Shown here one piece after another: positions 7,904-18,553 of a stretch of DNA of 64,000 nt. The first letter of the stretch is position 1, and every line of letters starts with the position of its first letter. The notes beneath the pieces were generated by a model. That model did no database searches, was not told the DNA's origin, and worked only from the letters and a program-made list of their open reading frames with translations. The position numbers and the translations under genes were made by a program. This stretch comes from Candidatus Hydrogenedentota bacterium. GTDB taxonomy: Bacteria; Hydrogenedentota; Hydrogenedentia; Hydrogenedentales; JAGMZX01. The stretch covers positions 15,262-79,261 of the forward strand of contig JAKQEQ010000193.1 in NCBI GenBank assembly GCA_029556545.1, read 5' to 3'.

Positions 7904-10528
7904 ATGAAACACGCCGCCAAGGTCGGTACATTCGGCATAGGAATATGTGTCGTTGCCTCCGTGGCCGCGGCGATGCTTTCGCCGTTCGCGGTACGCCAGC
8001 CTGGTCACGCATATACCCTGTGGCGGTGGGAATACCCGCGCCTCGAAGCGGCCCTGTCCGCCTTCTCGGCGCTTGCATCGGTACTAATGGCCCTGACGCT
8101 GGTCACGGCATCGCGCAGTCGACAACAAGCGGAACGCGATTTCTTCCCCGCCCTGGGTCTCTTCGGCATGGGCTTACTTATCGCGTTTCAGTCCGTGGCC
8201 GATCTGGGCAAGGGACTGCTGTTGCTGCACACCGCCGCGGCGGTTGTTGGAGGCGTCGGCTTCGCCTTGGTGTGGGCGCCCCGCGCGGCGGCGCGGCGCG
8301 GCCTGCAGTGGAAGGCGCAGCTATTTGTGCTGCTTGCCTTGTGTAGTGGCGCGTTCGCGCTCCTTGTCCTCATCCAGCGCGATCTCTTCCCTATCATGCT
8401 CGACAACAGTGCATATACGCAGGCCACTGTCTGGCTGAGCATGGCGGCCGGCCTGCTCTTTTTCTGCGCCGCGGTCCGCTACATGGTGGAGGCGTTCCGG
8501 GTTCCGCGTGGGGAGATGGCGGTCTTCTTCTGTCTCGCGCTCTTGTTTGCCTGTTCCTCGTTATTGTTCTCCTTCTCCCTGCCCTGGGACGTGGGCTGGT
8601 GGATATGGACCACGATGCGATTCCTCGCTTCTCTTGTCGTTCTAGGCTTTCTGCTCCACAACCATCTGGCAAACGTGAACGTCCTCGCGGATTCCCACTT
8701 GCGACTGCGGCGCATCAACAAGACCCTGAGTTTCACCCGTCACGCGGTGGATCACGGATTTGAAGCAGCCTTTTTCCATACGGCGGACGGACGCTTCGTC
8801 GATGTCAACGAGGCTGCGTGCCGTTCCTTGGGATACAAGCGGGAGCAACTGATGCAAATGACGGTGCATGACGTGGACCCGGATATGCCGGCGTCCGCCT
8901 GGCCCGACTTCTGGAACCGCATGCGCGAACAGCGGGCCGCCATATTCGAGTCGCATCATCGCACACGAACCGGCCGCGTCTTTCCCGTGGAAGTCGCCGC
9001 AAGCTATTTTCTCTTCGGCGGCGAGGAATACGTATTCGCGGCGGTGCGGGACATCACGGAACGCAAGCGGGCGGAGGAAGACTTGCGCCGCGCGCACGAC
9101 TATATCAACCACTTGATCGAGTCGGCGAACGTCATGGTGGTCGGCCTCGACGACACGGGCCGGATACGGGTCTTCAACAACGCGGCGCGGGAAATCACGG
9201 GGTATTCGATTGAAGAACTTGGAGATCGGAACTGGTTCGAGACAATTGTGCCCCGCGATCGTTATCCGGACGTATGGAAGATATTCACGGGGTATCAGGA
9301 AGGCGGTGCGCTACCCCCAAATTTCGAGAACCCCATCGTGACAAAATCCGGAGAGGAGCGCGTCATCTCGTGGCGGAACAGCCACATATCGCGCGAGGAA
9401 GACGGCGTCTCAACCGTATCGTTCGGTATGGACATCACAGATCGAAAGCGCGCCGAGGAGGCGATGCGCGCCAGTGAAACGCGGTATCGCCGCCTGCTCG
9501 AGGGTCTGCCCCAGAAGGTCTTTTACAAGGACACGCATTCCGTATATGTCACGGTCAATCGGAGCATGGCCGATGATCTGCGTTTGACTCCGGCGGACTT
9601 CGTGGGCAAGACGGACTTCGACTTCTTCCCCGAGGAAGACGCCGAGAAGTATCGCCAGGACGATCTCCGCGTGCTGGCGACCGGCGAACTGCTGGAAATG
9701 GATGAGTCTTACGTGGCGGGCGCCAAGAGGCTGACGGTCCACACAATCAAGGGGCCCATTCACGACGACAGTGGCCGGATCGTCGGTATTCTGGGTATCG
9801 CCTGGGACATTACGGCGCGCAAGCAGATGGAGGAAGCGCTTGCGCGGTCCAATGAGGACTTGGAGCGTTTCGCCTACATAGCCTCCCACGACCTGCAGGA
9901 GCCGCTGCGGGCCGTATCGGGAACACTTGATCTCCTGCGGCGTCGGCATGGAGATACGCTTGACGAAGAAGGCAATCGGTTTCTTGCGCGGGCGCTTGGC
10001 GCTGCGGAGCGCATGAGAACGTTGATCAACGACTTGCTGGCTTATTCCCGCGTCACAGCGCAGGGCGAGCCGCCCGAGGAGGTGGACTCCGCCGCGTTGG
10101 TGGATCAATTGTTTGAGGACCTCAAGAGCACCATCGAGGAACACGGCGCCGTTGTCACCAGGGACGAAATGCCGCGCGTACTCGCTGACCCGCCGCAACT
10201 CCGCCGTGTGTTCCAGAATCTCTTGAGCAACGCCATCAAGTTCCACGGCGAGGAACCGCCCAAGATCCACATCACGGCGGACTTTGCGGGTGAGTTTTGG
10301 GAATTCTCGGTCTCCGACAACGGCGTCGGGATTGACCCGGAGTACTTCGACCGCATCTTTGTCGTCTTCCAGCGGCTGCATGGCCACTCGGAATATCCCG
10401 GGACCGGCATCGGACTTGCCATATGCAAACGGATCGTCGAGCGCCACGGCGGGATGATTTGCGTCGAATCCGAGCCGGGGAAGGGTTCCATCTTTCGCTT
10501 CACCATCCCGGCGGTCCAGCACCACTAG
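7904..10528 (+). CDS. membrane sensor histidine kinase (multi-TM, three PAS domains)
   Basis: Several N-terminal TM helices, three PAS/PAC units each ending DIT.RK, H-box ASHDLQEPLR, and HATPase motifs. Confidence 0.93.
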   Translation: MKHAAKVGTFGIGICVVASVAAAMLSPFAVRQPGHAYTLWRWEYPRLEAALSAFSALASVLMALTLVTASRSRQQAERDFFPALGLFGMGLLIAFQSVADLGKGLLLLHTAAAVVGGVGFALVWAPRAAARRGLQWKAQLFVLLALCSGAFALLVLIQRDLFPIMLDNSAYTQATVWLSMAAGLLFFCAAVRYMVEAFRVPRGEMAVFFCLALLFACSSLLFSFSLPWDVGWWIWTTMRFLASLVVLGFLLHNHLANVNVLADSHLRLRRINKTLSFTRHAVDHGFEAAFFHTADGRFVDVNEAACRSLGYKREQLMQMTVHDVDPDMPASAWPDFWNRMREQRAAIFESHHRTRTGRVFPVEVAASYFLFGGEEYVFAAVRDITERKRAEEDLRRAHDYINHLIESANVMVVGLDDTGRIRVFNNAAREITGYSIEELGDRNWFETIVPRDRYPDVWKIFTGYQEGGALPPNFENPIVTKSGEERVISWRNSHISREEDGVSTVSFGMDITDRKRAEEAMRASETRYRRLLEGLPQKVFYKDTHSVYVTVNRSMADDLRLTPADFVGKTDFDFFPEEDAEKYRQDDLRVLATGELLEMDESYVAGAKRLTVHTIKGPIHDDSGRIVGILGIAWDITARKQMEEALARSNEDLERFAYIASHDLQEPLRAVSGTLDLLRRRHGDTLDEEGNRFLARALGAAERMRTLINDLLAYSRVTAQGEPPEEVDSAALVDQLFEDLKSTIEEHGAVVTRDEMPRVLADPPQLRRVFQNLLSNAIKFHGEEPPKIHITADFAGEFWEFSVSDNGVGIDPEYFDRIFVVFQRLHGHSEYPGTGIGLAICKRIVERHGGMICVESEPGKGSIFRFTIPAVQHH

Positions 10529-10715
10529 GATGCTGCGACGGCTATTGCACTGAACGGCCGATCCCGAGCCTCCTCTCGTGCCGGGCATGTCCACACCGCC
10601 CATTTCGTCCATACCGTCCGTCAAATGATCTGCGCGCGCCGGGCGCAAGCACGAGCGAGTACGAATCTTGGGGTGCGCGCGGCTATACTGGCCCGGCGTG
10701 AGAAGGAGAGAAACC

Positions 10716-11558
10716 ATGCGATTGAGTATCGGCGGCTACAGTTTTCACCGGCTGCTCGAAGCGGGCAGGCAGGACATGTTCCGGTACATCCGCGACTGCA
10801 AGGAATTGGGCGCGACCCAGCTTGACCCGTGGAACGCGCAGCTCGCGCCCATTCGTGACGCGGACCAGGTGGTCCACGCGGGAAGCGATCCGGGGCACGC
10901 GCAACTCACCGCGCAGGACGACGCCTATCTCATGCGCGTCCGCGAAGCGGCGGAGGAAGCGGGTCTGCCCTTCGGCTGCATCGCCGTGGACGGCGCGCAC
11001 ATCTACGAGCCGGACCCGGCGGCGCGCGACGCGAACCGCCGCCTCGCGGACCGCTGGCTCGAGGTCGCACGCATCCTCGGCGCGCCCCAGGTGCGCATCG
11101 ATGCCGGAGGACCGGAAGACTTGCCGGATGACGTGTTCGCGATCATCGTGGCGGGATATCGCGACCTCATCGCGCGCGCGGCGGCCAAGGGCATCGAAAT
11201 CCTCATGGAAAACCACTGGGGACCGAGCGTGATCCCGGAGAACGTCGTGCGCGTCCTCGACGCCGTCGAGGGGCTGGGACTCCTCCTCGACAGTAACAAC
11301 TGGGCGCCCGGCATGACCGAGCGCGGCTGGGAATTGTGCGCCAAGTATGCGCGCTCGACCCATTTCAAGACCTTCTCGTTCGACGATCAGGGCAACGAAC
11401 CGTCCGTTGACTTGCCGCGCGCGGTCCGCTTGCTGGTCGAGGCCGGGTACGACGGCTGCTGGGGCATCGAAAGCTGCCCGACTGACGGCGACGAATACGG
11501 GGCCGTGCGCAAGACCGCCGCACTCCTCAAGCGGGCGTTGGCGGCGCTCGGCAAGTAA
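10716..11558 (+). CDS. sugar phosphate isomerase/epimerase (xylose isomerase-like TIM barrel)
   Basis: Motifs MENHWG, LLDSNNW, HFK, GYDGCWGIE. RBS AGGAG upstream of ATG 10716. Confidence 0.85.
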   Translation: MRLSIGGYSFHRLLEAGRQDMFRYIRDCKELGATQLDPWNAQLAPIRDADQVVHAGSDPGHAQLTAQDDAYLMRVREAAEEAGLPFGCIAVDGAHIYEPDPAARDANRRLADRWLEVARILGAPQVRIDAGGPEDLPDDVFAIIVAGYRDLIARAAAKGIEILMENHWGPSVIPENVVRVLDAVEGLGLLLDSNNWAPGMTERGWELCAKYARSTHFKTFSFDDQGNEPSVDLPRAVRLLVEAGYDGCWGIESCPTDGDEYGAVRKTAALLKRALAALGK

Positions 11559-11597
11559 CGGCGCGTAACAAGACGAATTGATCTCAAGGAACTGGGT

Positions 11598-11831
11598 ATG
11601 AAATGCCTCATTTGCCATAGCGAGGACATTGAAGTCAGCTCCGTTTACGAAGAATTCGAGAGGGCGGACGACGTCATCCGGGTTTTCCTAACGGTGTCCG
11701 TATGTGCGAACTGCGGCGAGCGTTATTACGACCGACGGACCGTGCGAAAACTTGAACAAATTAGGCGTCAACTCGATAATGGCTCTCTTCCGCTGAAGGA
11801 AGTCGGAAAGGTTTACGTAGGCCGTGTATAG
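11598..11831 (+). CDS. YgiT/MqsA-type zinc-finger protein (orphan antitoxin-like)
   Basis: MKCLICH...VCANCGERYYD gives two CxxC pairs in 77 aa. No DUF4258-type partner upstream. Confidence 0.85.
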   Translation: MKCLICHSEDIEVSSVYEEFERADDVIRVFLTVSVCANCGERYYDRRTVRKLEQIRRQLDNGSLPLKEVGKVYVGRV

Positions 11832-11858
11832 GCGTCTGGCCGTCCGGGTACAATACAT

Positions 11859-12026
11859 ATGCTTCAATCGACCGGGAATCAATCGCAAACTCCGCCCGCT
11901 TCCGTTCCCCTCCGAGTTGCAGACTTGGGCTGGACCAGAGAAGAAGCGCTGGAAACATGCCTGCGACTTCGCTCGTTCGAGAAAGAATGGGATGCTCCGG
12001 GAATGGATGCCTATGACCGCGTATAG
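11859..12026 (+). CDS. small acidic antitoxin-like protein, 55 aa (below ORF-track cutoff)
   Basis: [55 protein letters not shown]. The C-terminal F..(D/E)W..P.M..YD motif is seen in small partners of PemK/MazF toxins. TACAAT lies 4 nt before the ATG, suggesting a leaderless mRNA. Confidence 0.6.
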   Translation: MLQSTGNQSQTPPASVPLRVADLGWTREEALETCLRLRSFEKEWDAPGMDAYDRV

Positions 12027-12066
12027 GCGAAACTACATTGGGATTGTTACTCATGATTGCGAATAG
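12013..12066 (+). pseudogene. possible PemK/MazF toxin N-terminal stub
   Basis: ATG overlaps the end of the preceding gene. MTAYRRNYI resembles the MTxYKRGDIV start of PemK toxins. Stops after 17 codons. Confidence 0.35.
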
Positions 12067-13198
12067 CACTTCCGACGCGACGGACGTCGCGCGAACCCGC
12101 ATTGGCGTCATCGGCGTGGGGCAGATCGGCAAGATACACTTGGACAATTATCGCGCCGCGCCGAATGTCGAGGTGGTTGCTATCGCGGATACGGACGAGG
12201 CGGAGGCGCGCCGTGTGGCCGCGGAGTACGACATCGAGAGCCTATACCGCGACGCGCGGGAACTTCTGGCGCGGGACGACATCGAGGCCGTGGACGTCTG
12301 CCTGCACAACAACCTGCACCGCCCGTACACGGTGGCCGCGCTCGAAGCGGGCAAGCACGTCTACTGCGAAAAGCCGATGGCGGGCGCGTACTGCGACGCC
12401 GCGGCGATGCTCGACGCCGCGCGCGCCTGCGGGAAGATGCTCTCGATTCAGCTCTCGACCTTGTTCTCGCGCGAGACGAGGGCCGCGAAGCAGCTTATCG
12501 ACAACGGCAACCTCGGCAGGCTCTATCACGCGCGCTCGACGGGCTTTCGCCGTCGCGGGCGGCCCTTTGTCGACGGCTACGGCACGGCGCGCTTCGTACA
12601 GCGGGAAATCGCGGCGGGCGGCGCGCTCTTCGACATGGGCGTCTACCACGTCGCGAACATGCTGTACCTTCTCGGGAACCCCGAGGTGCGCTCCATCACC
12701 GGCAAGACGTACCAGGAGACCGAGATGGACGCGACGCGACGCGCATCGAGCGGCTACGACGTCGAGGAACTCGGCGTCGGCTTCGTGCGCCTCGCCGACA
12801 ACGTCACGCTCGATATCATCGAGTCGTGGGCCATCCACATGAACGCCTTCGAGGGCTCGTTTGTCGTCGGCGGCGACGGCGGCGTGCGTCTTGATCCCTT
12901 CGGTTTCTTCCAGAACATCGGCGACCTCGAACTGGATTGCCGCGCGGACCTCGATAGCTTCGACTACCGCCTTCACAACGTACACGACATGGGCGACGCC
13001 TACGACAGCCCGCAGCACCATTGGGCCGCCGCGTTACAGGGACGTGCGCCGCTTCTGCCCACGGCGGAAATCGCGCTCAACACCATGCTCATTTCCGAGG
13101 GCATCTACCTGTCGGACCGGCTCGGGCGTGAAGTCACGGCGGACGAGGTCCGGGCCGCGTCGCAGTCAACCGCGATCATGCAAAGCCTCATCGGATAA
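12053..13198 (+). CDS. Gfo/Idh/MocA oxidoreductase
   Basis: Motifs [30 protein letters not shown]. Confidence 0.93.
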   Translation: MIANSTSDATDVARTRIGVIGVGQIGKIHLDNYRAAPNVEVVAIADTDEAEARRVAAEYDIESLYRDARELLARDDIEAVDVCLHNNLHRPYTVAALEAGKHVYCEKPMAGAYCDAAAMLDAARACGKMLSIQLSTLFSRETRAAKQLIDNGNLGRLYHARSTGFRRRGRPFVDGYGTARFVQREIAAGGALFDMGVYHVANMLYLLGNPEVRSITGKTYQETEMDATRRASSGYDVEELGVGFVRLADNVTLDIIESWAIHMNAFEGSFVVGGDGGVRLDPFGFFQNIGDLELDCRADLDSFDYRLHNVHDMGDAYDSPQHHWAAALQGRAPLLPTAEIALNTMLISEGIYLSDRLGREVTADEVRAASQSTAIMQSLIG

Positions 13199-15914
13199 TC
13201 GTGCGGGGTGTGGTCTCGGGCGCGGTGGGGCCGCCGCGTTCCTTGATCTTCTCGCGGCGGGCCGCCACGTCCTCAGACGCCGCGCCGCGCCGCTCGGCCT
13301 CGCCAAGATATCTGGCCGCTCCCGCGCCATCGCCGTGCTCAATCGCGATATCGCAGAGTTCCAGCCACGGCGCGGAATCATCGGGCCGGACATTCACGGC
13401 CTTGTCGAAGTAGTGCGCGGCGCGCTCCGCTCGGCCGACCTCGAGGGCAATCTTGCCGAGCGCGAGTGAACGCCGGACCTCGTCGCCGAGGTCGGCGTTG
13501 TGCCCGAGATACGACTCCGCGGTCTCCCACGACCCGCCGGCCATGCAGCGCGTGGCGAGTTTCGACCACGCCTCGGGCGTCGCGACAGCGTCGCCGCCGT
13601 GATCGCGCACAAACGCATCCGCCGCGCCCGTGCACGCGCGGAGATATCCCAGCGACAGCCACGTTGTCTCGTTTGCCGGCTCCTTCTCGATTGCCGTCTC
13701 GAGGAGATATCCCGCCTGCGTCCATTCGCCGCGCAGCAGGGCGGCCTCGCCCATGACCCGCATCCCTTCGATGATCCGGTCCGGCGTGACGAGCAACGCC
13801 TGCGCGCGCGCCTCGATCGCGGCGGCTTGACCCGCAAGCCGCGCGAATCGTTCCGCCACGGCCTTTAGCGCGCCCTCAGGAGCCCCCCTCGCCGCCTCGC
13901 TTAACACGCCCGCGCAGGACACGACATCGCCAATACCCGCCAGCACGGCGGCATATCGCGCAAGAGCCTCGACGGGCAGTTCGCCGAGGGCGCGCGCGCG
14001 GGCGAAGTATTGCGCCGCCAGACGCAGCGGCTCGATGTCGTGGCCGGTGCGGCCCCACGCTTCAAAGAGCAGCGCAAAATGCGCCGCGACGTCCGGCCCG
14101 TCGGGGTGGGCGCGCAGGAGCCGCACGAACTCCTCGCCGATTTGCGGCGACCACCCGGCGCGGGCGCGCGCTTCGTCGAACGCCGCAAGCACCGCCCCAC
14201 GCGTCCGCGCCTCGTGCAACAGCGCGATCTGCAGGGCGGCGGCCTGATCGAAGGGATTGCGGCGCAACACGTCTCTGAGTTCCGTCATGGCCTCGGCATC
14301 CCGGCCCAGTTGCCGCAACGTCATGCCCAGCTTGCCGCGATAGGAGACGTCGCCGGGCTTGCGATGCAGCGCCTCTCGCCAGCAGCGATCGGCGGCCATC
14401 CAGTGCGCGCGCGCTTCGGGCGCGTTTGCGGCGCTTCGGGCCGACTCGACGGCAAGCGTCCCGAGGTACTCCCAAGGCCGCGCGTCATCCGGCACGGCAT
14501 CCGCGGCGGGGGGCCACAAGCGTACCGGCTCGGACCAGAGTACAAGCCGCTGGTAGGTCAGGACTCCCGATGCAAGCACGCAGCCCGCCACGATCAGACC
14601 GAGCGCGGTCCGCGCGAGGCGCGGCGTGACCACCGAGAACAGCCACGGCGCCAGCAGGGCGAAGCCCGCCATGGCAAAGTAGGCGCGTCGCGCCGTCAGC
14701 AGGTCATCGGAGGGAAGAAGACAGACGGCGGCGCACGCCGCGGCCAACGGCCACAGCAACGCAACACCGCCGATGCCGCGCACAGCGATCAGAAGCACGG
14801 CGGCGACCATCAGGCACGCGAGGATGCCCAAGCCGAGAGACGAAATCGCCATGCCGGCCACGCTCGGCGCGATAGGATTCAACGCAACAGGCCAGAACAC
14901 GTGCGGCAGCAGGCGTTCGAGATACACGGTCAACGCGCCGAAGACCGCGCCGGGCGCCCGCAGGTACTCCGTGCCCCCATCGCCGCCGGACGCAACGCGC
15001 ACCAGCATCAGCGCGATGAAGAACAGTCCGTACAGACCATGCACGGCGCCGCATGCGCGCAGACGCGGCCAACCGCCGCGCACCCAGTCCGCCCAGAACA
15101 AGATCACCGGCAGCACAATCGCCGTGGGCTCCGCCGCGAACGCCAGCGCGTAACAGGCAAGGGAACCGGCAAGCGACAACGCGGAAACCCGCGGTCCCGC
15201 CGGTGGCTCGGTCCCGCCTTCGCTGAAGCTACGGTGGGCACGCAGGAGACCGGCCACAACGGCGTCGCCCGCCTCTCCCTCTGGGAGAGGGGTAGGGTGA
15301 GGGCTCGCGCCTCTTTCGTCCGTGGCGCGGAAGAACAGCAGCGCCGACAACAACGCGAGACACAACGCGAGCGGGCCGGGTCGGCCGAGGGCGTTGGCGA
15401 CGTTCTCCGTCGCGAGCGGATGCACCACGAAGACCAGGCCCGCCGCCATCGCGACCGGCTCCGCGAACCCGGCCCCCAGCAGCCGTCGCGCAAACAGATA
15501 CAGCGACACGCCGCTTAGCAGGTGCAGCGCCAGACTGACCGCGCGAAATCCCCACGCCATGCCGGGCGTGATCCGCCAATTCAGCGCGTGGGAAAACAGC
15601 GCCAGCGGCCCCGTCGCGTCGGTTTCGCGCGCGTCGAGGAACGTCGTCACGCGATGCAGCGCCGGATTGTCCCGGAGATGCGCCGTCTCCGCCCCTTGAA
15701 ACGGCACGCGGAACACGCCCAAGTACGCCACCAACCCGACGATCACGATAAGGAACGCGCTGACCCAGACCTGGGCCGTGTCAATGCCGCGATTGAAATC
15801 CACCACGCCTTTCTCGAGGCGGCGGTCCAACGCGGCATTCCCGGTCGATTCCTCGACCGGCGTATCCGGGTGTTGCGGTTCGTCTGTGGCCACGGCGCGA
15901 GTCCCCGACTTCAT
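13188..15914 (-). CDS. multi-TM TPR protein (TMTC/GT-C-like), with in-frame REP-derived insert
   Basis: N-terminal TM region with [11 protein letters not shown] (TMTC-like) and C-terminal TPR repeats. Start may be GTG near 15893. Confidence 0.75.
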   Translation of the reverse strand: MKSGTRAVATDEPQHPDTPVEESTGNAALDRRLEKGVVDFNRGIDTAQVWVSAFLIVIVGLVAYLGVFRVPFQGAETAHLRDNPALHRVTTFLDARETDATGPLALFSHALNWRITPGMAWGFRAVSLALHLLSGVSLYLFARRLLGAGFAEPVAMAAGLVFVVHPLATENVANALGRPGPLALCLALLSALLFFRATDERGASPHPTPLPEGEAGDAVVAGLLRAHRSFSEGGTEPPAGPRVSALSLAGSLACYALAFAAEPTAIVLPVILFWADWVRGGWPRLRACGAVHGLYGLFFIALMLVRVASGGDGGTEYLRAPGAVFGALTVYLERLLPHVFWPVALNPIAPSVAGMAISSLGLGILACLMVAAVLLIAVRGIGGVALLWPLAAACAAVCLLPSDDLLTARRAYFAMAGFALLAPWLFSVVTPRLARTALGLIVAGCVLASGVLTYQRLVLWSEPVRLWPPAADAVPDDARPWEYLGTLAVESARSAANAPEARAHWMAADRCWREALHRKPGDVSYRGKLGMTLRQLGRDAEAMTELRDVLRRNPFDQAAALQIALLHEARTRGAVLAAFDEARARAGWSPQIGEEFVRLLRAHPDGPDVAAHFALLFEAWGRTGHDIEPLRLAAQYFARARALGELPVEALARYAAVLAGIGDVVSCAGVLSEAARGAPEGALKAVAERFARLAGQAAAIEARAQALLVTPDRIIEGMRVMGEAALLRGEWTQAGYLLETAIEKEPANETTWLSLGYLRACTGAADAFVRDHGGDAVATPEAWSKLATRCMAGGSWETAESYLGHNADLGDEVRRSLALGKIALEVGRAERAAHYFDKAVNVRPDDSAPWLELCDIAIEHGDGAGAARYLGEAERRGAASEDVAARREKIKERGGPTAPETTPRTIIR
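15203..15303. repeat. nested REP-like palindromes inside a CDS
   Basis: GTGGCTCGGTC|30-bp insert|AGGAGACCGGCCACAAC (15203-15260), followed by CCTCTCCC-TCT-GGGAGAGGGGTAGGGTGAGGG (15272-15303). Confidence 0.8.
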
Positions 15915-15994
15915 GGTGAAAGCGCGGCGGGATTATAACAACCAGTCACCGGAGATTTCGCACACCGGCATTCACGTGGACAATCTCGCAGCTC

Positions 15995-16070
15995 GTAGTG
16001 CGGCCTTCAGGCTGTCTTTCTCATTCGTAGTTCAGCCTTCAGGCTGTCCTCAGGCTAAAGCCTGCACTAC
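15995..16070. repeat. cluster of three GTAG-type REP palindromes
   Basis: GTAGTGCGGCCTTCAGGCTG (15995-16014), GTAGTTCAGCCTTCAGGCTG (16027-16046), and the inverted copy CAGGCTAAAGCCTGCACTAC (16051-16070). Confidence 0.8.
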
Positions 16071-16222
16071 AAACACGCACTGGCTCTCCATCTTTCTTTG
16101 CATTTCTTTGCGCCTTTGCGCACGGCGATGGAAGACCCGCCCCAAGTCGCAAAGGTCGCCAAGGCGGCGGCGGACTTGGTACTGTCATGTGCGGGGGCAA
16201 AGACGCAAGGAGATGTGACGCG

Positions 16223-18553
16223 ATGTGGGCCGCGGTTGGTTGGAAACGACGGCTGATACCGTGGGCGGTGTGTGTCGTTTGTCTTTCGTCGCTCACGGCG
16301 GCGGGCGCGGACACCGCCGCGCCGTGTGTGGCGAATGCATGGCTGCGGGTCTGCTTGGACGCCGCGGACGGGCGGCTCGTGAGTTTCACGGACCTCGCGG
16401 TCGACCACGAGTTTCTGGGCACGGCCGAGAACGCGGACCTCTGGTGGATGGACCTGCTGCCGCCGGGCACGCCGCCGATTACGCCCCGCGACGCGAAGCG
16501 GTTCGCGTGGCGCGCGGGCGCCGCGGCGAACACCCTCGAACTCGAATGGGACGCCTTCGCGGTCGCCGCCGCGCCGGAACTCCGCGTTCGCGCGTCGGTG
16601 CGCGTCGAGCAGGACGCGCCCGCGAGTCATTGGCGCATCGCCGTCGAAGGTGCGGACGCGCTGCAAGTGGCGGCGATTCGGTTTCCCCGCATTGCCGCCG
16701 TCGCGCCTCAGCAGGACGAAACGCTCACCGTGCCCATCTGGATGGGCCAGCGGACGGAACGCGCGCGCGAAATGCTGTCGAGCGGCGGGTCGGCGCACAG
16801 ACTCGAATGGGAGTATCCCGGTATCCTGTCCCTGCAATGCTTGGCCCTGTACGGTCCCGACGGGCCGGGACTCTACCTCGCCTGCGACGACACCCGGCGG
16901 GCGCGCAAGACCTTCGCCGTTTTCGGCGATGGACAGGGCGGCCTCGGCATGGAGATTTCGCACGCGCCGGGAGCGGGCGGCGCGTCGGCGGAATACGCGC
17001 TGCCCTACGCGGTCGAGCTGGCAATTATCGAAGGCGACTGGTTCGCGGCGGCGGCGCGGTATCGCGACGGCGAGCCGAGCGCCTTGTTCGGGCAGGCGTC
17101 GAGGCGCGTGAACGGCGCGGTTCCCGAATGGCTGTTGCGGACCGGCGCATGGGTCTGGAACCGCGGGCGCTCCGAGAACGTGCTCGATCCCGCGCGGGTC
17201 CTGCTAGAACGTCTCGGTATGCCGGTGAGCGTGTTCTGGCATTGGTGGCACGGCTGCCCCTACGACGTGGGCTTCCCCGAGTATCTCCCGCCGCGCGAGG
17301 GCGCGGAACCGTTCCGCGCGGCGGTCGCCGCGATGCACGACGCGGACCTGCGCGCCATCGTGTACATGAACCAGCGGCTTTGGGGCATGGCCACGGCAAG
17401 CTGGCGCGACAAGGCGGCCGAGCGCTTCGCCGTAAAAGGGCCGGACGGCGCGGTCCATCCCGAGGTGTACAACACGTTCACGCGGTCGCCGTGCGCGTCC
17501 ATGTGCATGGGCACCGCGTTCTGGCGGGACAAATACGCGGGCATCGCGGAAGAAGTCCTGTGCGATTACCGCCTCGACGGCATCTACATGGACCAGGCGT
17601 GTTCGAGCCTCGCGTGTTTCGACCCGGCGCACGGCCACCTGCTCGGCGGAGGCACGTACTGGATGGAGGGATTCCAGGCGCTCGTGGGAGATATCCGTCG
17701 CCGCGCGGCGTCATGCGGCAATAGCAGTGACCCTCACCCCAATCCGCTCCCGCGGGGATCGGGCATCGTGCTCGCGGGCGAGGGCTGCGGCGAGGCGTGG
17801 CTGCCGCACCTCGATCTGATGCTCAGCCTGCAAGTGAGCATGGAACGCTACGCAGCGCCGGGCGACTGGGAACCGATCCCCTTCTTCCACGCCGTCTACC
17901 ACGACAAAGCCGTGCTCTACGGCAACTATTCCTCGCTCACGACGCCTCCCTACGATGAGTTGTGGCCCGCCGAGACCGCGCCGAAGGAACCCCTGGCGCT
18001 GCTCGACCGCAAGTATGCGCGGCAGTTTTTCCTCGAACAGGCCCGCGCGTTCGTATGGGGCCAGCAGCCCACGATAGCGAACTTCCGGCCCGGCCACTTC
18101 GATGATCGGGCCGAGGAAATGGCGTACTTCGCGCGCCTGGCCCAGGCGCGCATGAGGGCCTTGCCCTGGCTGCGCGACGGCGTCATGCTGCGACCGCCGC
18201 GACTCGACGTTCCCGAAATCGTCTTCGATGCGTCGCGCCTCTCGATCTACGCCGGTCAAGGCGAGGCGGTGAAGGAATTCTCGATGCGTCATCCCGCGGC
18301 CCTTGCCGCGGCGTGGCAAGCCCCGCGCGACGGAAGCGTGGCGGTCGCCCTCGCGAGCATTTCCGCCGACCCGCTCGACGTCGAACTGCGCTTGCACGGC
18401 CCCGCCTATCCCCTCCCGCGCGCGGGCACGGTTCTCCGCGTCGACGAAACGGGCCAGCAGCCCGTGGGGCGGTTCGAAGACGGTGCGGCGGTGATCACGG
18501 CGCGACTGAAAGCACTGGACGTGTGTGTGTACGTTCTTGTCGGCGACTCATGA
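16223..18553 (+). CDS. secreted putative glycoside hydrolase (DUF6259-like)
   Basis: Signal peptide. TIM-barrel motifs WHWWHGCPYDVGFPEYLP, DGIYMDQ, LAGEGCGE. Confidence 0.7.
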   Translation: MWAAVGWKRRLIPWAVCVVCLSSLTAAGADTAAPCVANAWLRVCLDAADGRLVSFTDLAVDHEFLGTAENADLWWMDLLPPGTPPITPRDAKRFAWRAGAAANTLELEWDAFAVAAAPELRVRASVRVEQDAPASHWRIAVEGADALQVAAIRFPRIAAVAPQQDETLTVPIWMGQRTERAREMLSSGGSAHRLEWEYPGILSLQCLALYGPDGPGLYLACDDTRRARKTFAVFGDGQGGLGMEISHAPGAGGASAEYALPYAVELAIIEGDWFAAAARYRDGEPSALFGQASRRVNGAVPEWLLRTGAWVWNRGRSENVLDPARVLLERLGMPVSVFWHWWHGCPYDVGFPEYLPPREGAEPFRAAVAAMHDADLRAIVYMNQRLWGMATASWRDKAAERFAVKGPDGAVHPEVYNTFTRSPCASMCMGTAFWRDKYAGIAEEVLCDYRLDGIYMDQACSSLACFDPAHGHLLGGGTYWMEGFQALVGDIRRRAASCGNSSDPHPNPLPRGSGIVLAGEGCGEAWLPHLDLMLSLQVSMERYAAPGDWEPIPFFHAVYHDKAVLYGNYSSLTTPPYDELWPAETAPKEPLALLDRKYARQFFLEQARAFVWGQQPTIANFRPGHFDDRAEEMAYFARLAQARMRALPWLRDGVMLRPPRLDVPEIVFDASRLSIYAGQGEAVKEFSMRHPAALAAAWQAPRDGSVAVALASISADPLDVELRLHGPAYPLPRAGTVLRVDETGQQPVGRFEDGAAVITARLKALDVCVYVLVGDS

